Positions 19,202 to 27,931 of a stretch of 38,686 nucleotides of DNA are shown here, one piece after another. The stretch comes from Candidatus Microgenomates bacterium (GTDB lineage Bacteria > Patescibacteriota > Microgenomatia > UBA1406 > GWC2-37-13), in the NCBI GenBank assembly GCA_037445105.1, contig JBBILA010000001.1:1-38686 (forward strand), given 5' to 3'. Position numbers and translations under genes: made by a program. Within the stretch, counting starts at the first letter, position 1, and each line of letters starts with the position of its first letter. Under the pieces are notes generated by a model. The model was not told where the DNA came from and did no database searches. It saw only the letters and a list, made by a program, of their open reading frames with translations.

Positions 19202-20180
19202 TTTTTATCCCTAAAACTTTTAATCCATTTACAGTGGCGATTTTTACCAACTCTTTCAGATGGTAAAACCGATTGGCCTCAAGAAGAAGCCGCAATTCAT
19301 CCCACATCTCGCCATCGTTAAATGGTTTATAGATATCAACAATATTATCTGTCCCTAAAGCAACCAAAATTCCATTTTTAACCAGCTCATCAACCGGTGT
19401 AATTGAATTATGAGTAACTGACATTTCTTCACTTCTTTGACTGTCAATCCAAGCCCAAGGACAAGCAACAACCATTACTCCTGCTTTTTTCATTAAGCGA
19501 TAGACTTTTTCTCGATAGGCTTTTGGATGAGTGGCTAAAGAAATCGCATGAACGGCAACGACTTTTTTTTGATAACCAAACTCAATGGTTTTATTGGCTA
19601 AAAGTTCTGTCTCTTTTTCTTTTTGAGTATTAAGCTGATCAACATGAACATGGATCATTTTTTTTAATCTTTTTGCTTCGTTAAAAACAACCTCTAAATG
19701 CTTTTCCTCGAAAGGATGATCTTTTCCCGGAAGACTGCCGACAATATCGCAAAACTCCGCTCCAACCTTAAACCATTGATAAGCTTTTTTATCAATCACT
19801 CCTTTTAAAGTCTGATTGATAAATTTTATTTTTATTGTTTTTTGATAGCGATCTTTGATTCTAATTGCTGCTTTAATCGCTTTATCTCTTATTACCTCAT
19901 CAACATCAATAAAACTGCCAATCGCTTGAACATTTTGACTAAGCATCCTTTCAAGCGCATAAGCCATCCGATCATATATCTGAGAAACCGTTGATCTTTT
20001 TTTTAATTCATCAACCAACAACCATTTTTGATGAAGATGAACCTGTCCAAAAGAAAAACTTTTTTTTGTTAAAGTAAAGGCTCGGTCTAAATGAGCATGG
20101 GCATTAACAAAACCGCCATGTTTTTTTATTTTTTCCAAAAGGTAATCTTTTAAATCCAAATATTTAATTTTAGCGGCCAT
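19194..20180 (-). CDS. Metal-dependent amidohydrolase, cytosine deaminase-like fold, substrate unknown
   Basis: NAHAHLD, HVHVDQ, VHAISL, ALGTDNI metal-ligand pattern; lacks the N-terminal beta domain of CodA. Confidence 0.85.
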   Translation of the reverse strand: MAAKIKYLDLKDYLLEKIKKHGGFVNAHAHLDRAFTLTKKSFSFGQVHLHQKWLLVDELKKRSTVSQIYDRMAYALERMLSQNVQAIGSFIDVDEVIRDKAIKAAIRIKDRYQKTIKIKFINQTLKGVIDKKAYQWFKVGAEFCDIVGSLPGKDHPFEEKHLEVVFNEAKRLKKMIHVHVDQLNTQKEKETELLANKTIEFGYQKKVVAVHAISLATHPKAYREKVYRLMKKAGVMVVACPWAWIDSQRSEEMSVTHNSITPVDELVKNGILVALGTDNIVDIYKPFNDGEMWDELRLLLEANRFYHLKELVKIATVNGLKVLGIKND

Positions 20181-21792
20181 AACTTTCTGAAAGTCTTTGA
20201 ACTAATTTTTTAACCATCGATATTTCGGTAACAATTAAAGTTTTGTTTTTTATCGCATATTCGCGAATAATTTCACCATCGGTTTTTTCTTTTTCTTTTC
20301 GATGTCGGCCTGTTGGAATATTGATGATTAAATCGAAACGATTAGCCTGTAAAAGATCAAGCAAATTTGGCTTTTTGTGAGGTTCAGAAATTTTATGAAC
20401 TAAAATTGCCTCGATTCCTAATTTTTGTAAAAATTTAAAAGTTTTATAAGTGGCGTAGATTTTGAAACCAAGTTCTTTAAATTTGATAAATTCATCTTTT
20501 AGAAGCAGTTTATTTTTTCTCTTGCCAACAGTTAAAAGAACGGTTTTTTCTTTTTGTTGGGCCAGTCTCATCTGAAGAGTATAAAGCTCAATAAATCCAG
20601 CCGAAACATTTTGGTTAAAAGCAGTTGAGACATTAAAGGTGGCCAGTTTTTCTCTAAAAATCGTATTCGGCGTCTCAACTGCCATGATTGTCGCCTGACC
20701 TTTATAAAGTTTTATGGTAACTTTGCCGGTGACTTTTTGATTCACCTGATCGATATAGGCATTTAAATCATCCATCAAAGGTTCATACCACAAACCGCCA
20801 TAACAAAGATAAGCCCATTTAGTATCAACCAGTTCTTTAAATTCATTTTCCATTCTTGTTGAGACATATTTTTCTAAAACTTTATGAGCAGTAATGATAA
20901 TATGAGCCGCCGGGGCTTCATAAACACCTCTCACTTTCAAGCCAACTACCCTGTCTTCAAGATGAATGGTAACACCCACTCCATGACGGGCGCCGATTTT
21001 ATTTAATTTAATGATTAAGTCAGAAAGTTTCATCATCTTCCCATTTAAAGCCACCGGTAAACCTTTGACAAATTCCAGCTCAATCATCTCAGGTTTATCT
21101 GGCGCTTCCTCAGGAAGTGAACAAACTTGAAGGATTTTTTTCAGCGGCGGTACTAAGGCAGGATTTTCTATCTCTCCTCCCTCACCAGTTAATCCCCACA
21201 TATTATCATCCCACGAGTATGGAATATTAACTGTTTGTTTTATGGGGATACCATGTTTTTTGGCATATTCAATCTCCTCATCTCTTCCCATCGACCACTC
21301 ACGAACCGGAGCAATAATTTTGATATCGGGATTTAAAACTAAAGCTGTTCCTTCAATTCTCACCTGATCATTACCTTTTCCGGTACACCCATGAGCGATA
21401 CAGTCAGCGCCTTCAGAGGCGGCGATTTTTACGGCCCATTTGGCCAAAAGCGGCCGGCCAAGAGGAGTTGACAGATGATAATCCCCCTGATAAGAAGCAT
21501 TAGCTTTTATTCCTTTAGCGATATATTCATTGGCAAACTCATCTTTAGCATCAATAACATAGGCTTTGATTGCTCCTAATTTTAAAGCTTTTTGTCGAAT
21601 AGCTTCAAGATCATCAGCTTGCTGACCAATATCAATCGTTAAAGCAATTACTTGGGCTTTGTAAACATCCTGGATCCATTTTAAAATCACTGAGGTATCC
21701 AGTCCTCCAGAATACAAAAGAACGACTTTTTTAACCTCACCAATCCGACCCTCATAAGATGAGACTTTAAGATAATTAGTTTGTTTTTTCAT
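20170..21792 (-). CDS. argG: Argininosuccinate synthase fused to a C-terminal MGS-like domain
   Basis: YSGGLDTS, HGCTGKGNDQVR, EDRVVGLKVRGVYEAP; extra ~125 aa (GFKIYAT..V.KISE..P..LDLL..FDLIINIP..DG.IIREYA) match the CarB MGS pattern. Confidence 0.93.
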   Translation of the reverse strand: MKKQTNYLKVSSYEGRIGEVKKVVLLYSGGLDTSVILKWIQDVYKAQVIALTIDIGQQADDLEAIRQKALKLGAIKAYVIDAKDEFANEYIAKGIKANASYQGDYHLSTPLGRPLLAKWAVKIAASEGADCIAHGCTGKGNDQVRIEGTALVLNPDIKIIAPVREWSMGRDEEIEYAKKHGIPIKQTVNIPYSWDDNMWGLTGEGGEIENPALVPPLKKILQVCSLPEEAPDKPEMIELEFVKGLPVALNGKMMKLSDLIIKLNKIGARHGVGVTIHLEDRVVGLKVRGVYEAPAAHIIITAHKVLEKYVSTRMENEFKELVDTKWAYLCYGGLWYEPLMDDLNAYIDQVNQKVTGKVTIKLYKGQATIMAVETPNTIFREKLATFNVSTAFNQNVSAGFIELYTLQMRLAQQKEKTVLLTVGKRKNKLLLKDEFIKFKELGFKIYATYKTFKFLQKLGIEAILVHKISEPHKKPNLLDLLQANRFDLIINIPTGRHRKEKEKTDGEIIREYAIKNKTLIVTEISMVKKLVQRLSESYGR

Positions 21793-21827
21793 TTTTTATA
21801 AAAAATTAACTTTTAATAAAAAAATTT

Positions 21828-21859
21828 AAAAAAAAGAGGGGCAAAAGCCCCTCTTTTTT
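21828..21859. terminator. Intrinsic terminator hairpin GAGGGGC-AAAA-GCCCCTC with A/T tails on both sides
   Basis: 7-bp GC-rich stem at 21836-21853; on the minus strand followed by T8. Confidence 0.85.
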
Positions 21860-21893
21860 AAAAAAAATTCAAATTTTTAAGAAAAATTTTCAT
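21858..21893 (-). CDS. Candidate leader peptide MKIFLKNLNFF
   Basis: 11-codon ORF between a TTGACA-16-TATTCT promoter and the terminator; its stop abuts the hairpin. Confidence 0.45.
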   Translation of the reverse strand: MKIFLKNLNFF

Positions 21894-21904
21894 TCTAAAG
21901 AAAA

Positions 21905-21932
21905 AGAATAGCAGATCAAAAATTTTTGTCAA
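21905..21932 (-). promoter_or_regulatory. sigma70 promoter for the argG-pyr operon
   Basis: TTGACA (21932-21927), 16 bp, TGn-TATTCT (21910-21905). Confidence 0.6.
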
Positions 21933-22804
21933 GAGGGATTTTTCAAATTACGAAATCTCGCCACTAAAGAATTAAAATCTTCTTGTTTAATCTCGTTGGC
22001 TAAAGTCAACATTAATTGATAACTTTCATAAAAATTAGAAAACAATTCTCTTAGTCTATTCTTTTTTTCTTCATCAATTTCTTGTCCTTCAATCTCATTT
22101 TCAAAAAGCCCTTCTCTTCCTTGAACAAAATTAGCCTGCAAATTTATAAAATCCCTAAATTTTTCTAAATAAAAACCTTTCTCTTCAGCAGTCAATTCTC
22201 TTTCTCCTAAAATAAACTGATGAAAATCAGGATACTCTTCCAAAAATAAGTTAAAAGGATCGTTTAAATAATCTCTGGCGCTTATACCTGCTGCGCCGAG
22301 ATCAGCAAGACATAAAGCTCTTATTATCAGGTCACTATCTTTATTTAGTCCTTGCTGATAAACAGTTCCTTTTTCTTGATCCCAATCTGGTATAGTCGCC
22401 AATATTGCATTTTTTACTAAAGCGATTTCTTCTTCTAAATATCCTTTTTCTCCCATCCATCTTTCTGCCTCATTAGCGCTTTCTTTTTCATTATTCTCTC
22501 TTTTCATGGTTCTTTTTCTTACTTTAAGTTTTTTACCTTGATGTTCAACCTCAACTTCATCAAAATAAAAATCAGAAACCAGATCATGAAAAGAAGCAGC
22601 AATCTGTAAAAGTTCAAATTGCTTATCATTTAAACCTAAGGCTTGACCTATTAAAAAAGCTCTCTTAACAACTTTTCTTGTATGTTCCGAGTTATGATAG
22701 GGTAAAATTCTATCGTATTTATTCACAATTAAACTTAGTATCTCAGGTAAAGGTTGAGCAAAATTAGCATCTTTTTTTATTGATGACTCGCCAGTTGATT
22801 TCAT
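21929..22804 (-). CDS. HD-domain metal-dependent phosphohydrolase
   Basis: YHNSEHT, AASFHD, NEKESA, LCLADL; start probably the ATG at 22804. Confidence 0.82.
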   Translation of the reverse strand: MKSTGESSIKKDANFAQPLPEILSLIVNKYDRILPYHNSEHTRKVVKRAFLIGQALGLNDKQFELLQIAASFHDLVSDFYFDEVEVEHQGKKLKVRKRTMKRENNEKESANEAERWMGEKGYLEEEIALVKNAILATIPDWDQEKGTVYQQGLNKDSDLIIRALCLADLGAAGISARDYLNDPFNLFLEEYPDFHQFILGERELTAEEKGFYLEKFRDFINLQANFVQGREGLFENEIEGQEIDEEKKNRLRELFSNFYESYQLMLTLANEIKQEDFNSLVARFRNLKNPS

Positions 22805-22861
22805 ATTTATTAAAATTTTGACCTTTAACAATAAATTTTCTATAATTTTAACAAAATAATA

Positions 22862-22948
22862 GCCGCGGTGCTGGAATTGGCAGACAGGCAGGTCTCAAAA
22901 ACCTGTTCCCGATAATCGGGAGTGAGGGTTCAACTCCCTCTCGCGGCA
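22862..22948 (+). tRNA. tRNA-Leu(CAA)
   Basis: Acceptor GCCGCGG/TCGCGGC, anticodon arm CAGGT-CTCAAAA-ACCTG, long variable arm, T arm GAGGG-TTCAACT-CCCTC; CCA not encoded. Confidence 0.96.
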
Positions 22949-22997
22949 CTAAAAAAATCATTAAATAAATTGAAAACTTTCTTAAATATCAACACTA

Positions 22998-23669
22998 ATG
23001 AAGATAAAAAAATATTTAATTATTGATTTTGACAGCACTTTTATTCAAGATGAGGTTCTTGAAAAACTAGGAGAAATCACTCTTGAAAATCATCCTCAAA
23101 AAAAAATAATTCTTAAAAAAATTACTTCAATCTGTAAACTGGGAATGGAAGGAAAAATCGCTTTTCAAGATAGTCTTAACCAAAGATTAAAACTAATTCA
23201 AGCTAATAAAAATTCTCTTAAAAAATTGATCGGTAAATTAAAAAATCGGATTACTCCTTCTATTTTAAAAAATAAAAATTTTTTTCATCAAAACAGTCAG
23301 CAAATTTTTATTATCTCAGGCGGGTTTAAGGAAGTGATTACTCCTGTTGTCAAAGATTTTCAAATCCCAAAAAATCATATTTTAGCCAATACTTTCATTT
23401 ATGATAAAAATGGTAATATCATTGGTATTGATAAAAACAATCCTTTAGCCTACAATCAAGGAAAAGCCATAGCAGTTCAAAAATTAAAACTCTCAGGTAA
23501 AAAATATGTTCTTGGTGATGGTTATACCGATTATGAGATAAAAAAACTCGGTGTTGCTGATTATTTTATTGCCTTTACTGAAAATGTAAAAAGAGACAAT
23601 GTTGTTAAAAATGCTGACTGTGAAGCTAAAAATTTTGAAGAATTTTTAAAATTTTATCTATCATCATGA
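22998..23669 (+). CDS. HAD-IB phosphatase, phosphoserine phosphatase-like
   Basis: DFDSTF, GMEG..F.DSL..RL, ISGGF, GK, LGDGYTD. Confidence 0.85.
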   Translation: MKIKKYLIIDFDSTFIQDEVLEKLGEITLENHPQKKIILKKITSICKLGMEGKIAFQDSLNQRLKLIQANKNSLKKLIGKLKNRITPSILKNKNFFHQNSQQIFIISGGFKEVITPVVKDFQIPKNHILANTFIYDKNGNIIGIDKNNPLAYNQGKAIAVQKLKLSGKKYVLGDGYTDYEIKKLGVADYFIAFTENVKRDNVVKNADCEAKNFEEFLKFYLSS

Positions 23670-24211
23670 TTTTTTTACTTTTTTTATTTTTAGCCGGAAT
23701 AATTATTATTCTTCTTTTTTCCTCAAAAACCTTCTCGCCAATCCCCTATTTTCCATCAAACAAAAAAGATCTTCACTTAATTATTAAGGCTTTGAATTTA
23801 AAAAATAACCAGGTAGTGATTGATCTTGGCGCTGGTGATGGAATTGTTATTTTTGAAGCAGCAAAAAAAGCTTATCAAAAAGGGCTAAATACTCAGTTTA
23901 TCGCTGTTGAAATTAACCCGATTTTAATTTTAATTATGTTTTTCAAAAAACTCTTTCATCCAAATAAAAAAAATATTAAGATTGTTTTTGAAGATATTTT
24001 TAAATTTAATCCACCACCTCTCACGTTACACGTTATACGTTATACTTTTTACGTCTACCTTTCTCCCTGGTCTTTAGAGACAATAATTAAAAACTTAAAA
24101 TTAAAAATTAAAAAATTTAATCTTGTATCTTATATGTATCCAATAAAAACTTTAAAAAATAAGCAAAAAGTAATTAATGGATTAAAAAAAATTTATCTTT
24201 ATAAAATTTAA
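23666..24211 (+). CDS. Membrane-anchored SAM-dependent methyltransferase
   Basis: N-terminal TM, PYFPS, IDLGAGDG, VEINP. Confidence 0.85.
   Translation: MIFLLFLFLAGIIIILLFSSKTFSPIPYFPSNKKDLHLIIKALNLKNNQVVIDLGAGDGIVIFEAAKKAYQKGLNTQFIAVEINPILILIMFFKKLFHPNKKNIKIVFEDIFKFNPPPLTLHVIRYTFYVYLSPWSLETIIKNLKLKIKKFNLVSYMYPIKTLKNKQKVINGLKKIYLYKI
24017..24057. repeat. CGTTATA-family heptamers inside CDS
   Basis: cctctca cgttaca cgttata cgttata cttttta cgtcta; encodes LTLHVIRYTFYVY. Confidence 0.85.
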
Positions 24212-24232
24212 GCTTTAATTTTTTTTGCTTTT

Positions 24233-25303
24233 CTAAATTTTAATCTCTTCCCATTTTTGCCAATTATATTTAATATAATAAAGGTGATCTTTATAAATAA
24301 TCTTAAAAAGTCGCTTCAGCAAAAAACTATCAGTGTTGTCAATAATAAATTGGAAATAATTAATTACATAAACTGAAGAAATAATCCTCTCCCAGTAAAG
24401 ATTTTTTTTCTCTTCTAAAATTTTTATTGGCCATGAATCTTTAAAAAGAGAGATTTTTAGCTTTTCTATTTTTTCTAAAATAGTTAATCTGATCGATTTT
24501 TTAGAAATTATCTCTCCTTTATCATTAATTACTCGATTAGCAAATTTATCAGGATAAAGTAAAGCATCCTTTTGCAAGTCTAGCTCACTAAGAAGATAGA
24601 TTAAATTATAATAGTTAATTCGATTCTCTTTAAAAGCTTTATAATGAGATTCGATTTCAATCTTCGCTCCTAAATAATGCATTCCTTTATAAATTGTTTC
24701 TTGATTGTATTTTTCTAATTTTTTACATTCTAAATTAATTTTTTTTTGAACATCTTTTAGATCATCTCTTATTTTTTTCTTGAAACTTAAAAGAGTACCG
24801 TTTTCTAAATCTAAATTCAAATCGTCTTCTAAATGTTTTTTCTTTTTTGTAAAAAGATAAATATTTTCTAAAATGTCTTTAACTTCAATAATCTCGGATT
24901 TAAAAAATTTTTCATATTTTTTAATTAACAATTGAACAAGGAACGGATTGACTAAGTTAGTAAAAAGAAAAACGTAAATGATATAATCAATAAACTGACT
25001 TTTATATAAAAAATTATTGGGAATTTGATTAACCAAAATTAAAGGAATAATTCCCCTTAATCCAGAAAAATTAATGATATGCATCCACGATAAATAGACA
25101 TCTGGCTCATCGTAAAAAAATTTCAATTTATTAGTAATAAAAAAACTTAAATAAGTAGTGATCGCTCTTGCAAAAAGGATAATAAAAACGATATTAAAAA
25201 AATGATTAATTTCTTTTGAAAAAAGAGTCTTTAAGTTAATATTTAACCCTACCGAAGCGAAAAAATAAAAATTGATCAAAGTTGTTAAAGCGAGAAAAAT
25301 ATT
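24233..25303 (-). pseudogene. 5'-truncated CPA1 Na+/H+ antiporter (last TMs plus cytoplasmic tail)
   Basis: FARAI..Y and FSGLRGIIPLIL are the C-terminal TM motifs of CPA1 exchangers; no ATG start, in-frame stop just upstream, N-terminal TMs missing. Confidence 0.65.
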
Positions 25304-25351
25304 TTATTAATATAAAAATTAAAATTCAATAGTTTGTTAAAATATTAAAAT

Positions 25352-27931
25352 ATGAATCAAAAAAGTCCACAACAAAAAGAAATACCTCAATCTCAAGAAC
25401 AAAATCAACCTCATTTTATCGATGAGAAAATCATTGAAATTCAAAGCTATGCCTATAGATATCGACAACAGTTTGATAATTTTTTTAAAATGAAGCCAAA
25501 ATCTGGTTTTCCAATATTAAATTTTCTTGATCAAATAATAAAAATTGAACAGCTTCCTCAAAAAGATTTATCTTCTTTTCCTTTTCAACCTAAAAATTAT
25601 GAAGAGCTTTTTAATCTTCCTCCTCAAGATTTTATCTCTTATATCAAAACACTAAATCTCTCTGAACAAGAAAGAAGAAAAGTTATCAAAGGTTGGTTAG
25701 CTAATCGCTGTTTAAAAATCCATCGATTAAAAATGAAGGGAATAAGTTTTGAAGATGATAAAATTTGGCGATTAAAAAAAGCTAATCAATTAAGAAAAAT
25801 CTTGTCTGAGGCAGAAAGTCTTGGAATTGAAAACTGGGATTTTTTTTATCGTTTTGGAGAAGAGATTCAGCAAGCAAAAACAGAAGAAGAACTTTCAATT
25901 TTAGAAAAAAATCTTGCTAATCTGCCTCTTGAAAAAGAAGAATTAAGAAATCGATTAGCAGCCTTAATCCAAAGAAAAAGAAAATCAGAAACAAAAAAGT
26001 GGGCAATCCCAACCGAAAAATCAGATAGAAAAAGAAAAGAAGAATATCAAGAAGCCTTAAATCAAGTTTTAGAATATATGAGATATATTATTCCACAAAA
26101 AAATGAATCATTAAGAAAAATTCCTGAAGCAATTATCAAATTTTTAGAAAAAATTAGAGACCCAAATTGGACTCCTTTTATTCAAGCTTACAATTTATGC
26201 GAAAACTTCTGGCCGATCAGACTTCAGCGACCAATAAATTTTCAAAGATATGGAAAAATCGGTGAAGCAATCAAAAGATTTTTAGAAAAAAATCTTGATC
26301 GATCGCTTCAGACAGAATCAGCTGGATTTTGGATTGAAAAAAATTTTTCTTCAGTCTTTTACCTTAAAGATGATAGAGAAAAACTCTCTTTAGCAATTAG
26401 GTCTTTAATTTTAACCTTACAACCGAAAGGAAAAATAAAAATCACTGTCATCTTAAATGATGAAAAATTTTATAAATTAACAATCGATCCAAACCAAGAC
26501 TTAGAAAAACAAATAGTTTCTCAACTTGAAACACCAGTTTTTGAAGAACCCTCTGAAAACAATCTTTATCAACTAAAGCAAGATACCTATACTTTTGGTC
26601 CTATCTCTCAAAAAACACCTCTTTTTAGAGAAATTTTTGGCCACGAAAGAAAATTTTTCAATCTAATTCCCTTTTCTATTGATCCTAATGATTATTGTAT
26701 AAGAATCAGTACTAATCCAGAAGAAAAACCAAAAAATCATCCATTAAGTCTTTTTATTGTCGGAAATAGTCAACTAACGATCAACTTTGATTTTTATCCT
26801 GATCGTTTAAATCTAGGGATTAAATTTGCTCATAGATATTTTGATGGCATACCTGCAAAAGATTTTTTTAGAAAATATACTCGTCAATTAAATTTATCAC
26901 CTGATCAAGAAAATAAAATTTATCAAGAAAAACCAATTGATACTGACTTTCCTCTTTTTGAAGGAATAGCAAAAAGGATTATCTTTTCTGATGAGGTCTT
27001 AATTGAACCTTTTTCAGAAAAAGATCTTAAACAGTTTAATCCAACATTTGTTTATGCCTTAGCTGTTGCTTTAGCAAACGATATTGATTATTTTCATTTT
27101 TTAGTTGATGGACCAAATATCTTCTCTCAAGATAGCCCATACTATTCAAACGTCCAACCGATTGTTATCTCTTTTACTCCCATAAAAGATGTCATTGAAA
27201 AAATAAGAAAAAATCAACCCTTAAATAGTAAGGATAAAGAAAAATTAAAAATTTGGAGAGAAAATGTTATCGCTGAATATCAAAGAGGAAAAAAAGGTCT
27301 TGGAACTCCCGCGGTTTTATCAGCACCAGCAGGCACTCTTGAAAAGCCGTTGTCAGAAATTGGAAAAAGATTTCATAAAGGAATAAGAGCCTTAATTAAT
27401 GCTCAAGGAATGTTTTCCGGTATTCCTGATATTAATCCTCAAGAAAAAATTGATCCTTTGGTCTTTTTTACTGCTAAATCTGATGCTTATCAACAAGAAA
27501 TTAATCTTTTAAAAGATTCTAAATCAATGGGGGTAATCGGCTTTTATCAAAGTCAGGATGAAAATGGTAATATTGTATTAGTTTTTACAGTAAGAAAAAA
27601 TATCACTCAGTCTCAAAACGAGATTAACCAATGGATCGATATTTCTTTACCAGATCCAAAAGATAGGCAAAGAACAAAAAAACTGATTACTGCTCTTTTG
27701 AAATCATGGGAAAAACTCAATCAAGGCAAAATCGATCTAAATAATTATCAAAAAATTTTAGAAAAAATTTTTGAAAAACTTCCCCCCTCATTAAAAAGCA
27801 TCCTTAAAACCAAAGAAGGTTTGCAAAAAAAACTTAACTTACTTTTACAAGAAAGTGCCGGCAATACTGTTAATTTTAATTTAATCGAAAATATAAGGAT
27901 TGTTCAACAATTACTTTTAAATTCTTTATAA
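25352..27931 (+). CDS. Large hypothetical protein with HxxxDG motif
   Basis: 859-aa ORF; LGIKFAHRYFDG resembles the CoA-dependent acyltransferase active-site motif. Confidence 0.7.
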   Translation: MNQKSPQQKEIPQSQEQNQPHFIDEKIIEIQSYAYRYRQQFDNFFKMKPKSGFPILNFLDQIIKIEQLPQKDLSSFPFQPKNYEELFNLPPQDFISYIKTLNLSEQERRKVIKGWLANRCLKIHRLKMKGISFEDDKIWRLKKANQLRKILSEAESLGIENWDFFYRFGEEIQQAKTEEELSILEKNLANLPLEKEELRNRLAALIQRKRKSETKKWAIPTEKSDRKRKEEYQEALNQVLEYMRYIIPQKNESLRKIPEAIIKFLEKIRDPNWTPFIQAYNLCENFWPIRLQRPINFQRYGKIGEAIKRFLEKNLDRSLQTESAGFWIEKNFSSVFYLKDDREKLSLAIRSLILTLQPKGKIKITVILNDEKFYKLTIDPNQDLEKQIVSQLETPVFEEPSENNLYQLKQDTYTFGPISQKTPLFREIFGHERKFFNLIPFSIDPNDYCIRISTNPEEKPKNHPLSLFIVGNSQLTINFDFYPDRLNLGIKFAHRYFDGIPAKDFFRKYTRQLNLSPDQENKIYQEKPIDTDFPLFEGIAKRIIFSDEVLIEPFSEKDLKQFNPTFVYALAVALANDIDYFHFLVDGPNIFSQDSPYYSNVQPIVISFTPIKDVIEKIRKNQPLNSKDKEKLKIWRENVIAEYQRGKKGLGTPAVLSAPAGTLEKPLSEIGKRFHKGIRALINAQGMFSGIPDINPQEKIDPLVFFTAKSDAYQQEINLLKDSKSMGVIGFYQSQDENGNIVLVFTVRKNITQSQNEINQWIDISLPDPKDRQRTKKLITALLKSWEKLNQGKIDLNNYQKILEKIFEKLPPSLKSILKTKEGLQKKLNLLLQESAGNTVNFNLIENIRIVQQLLLNSL

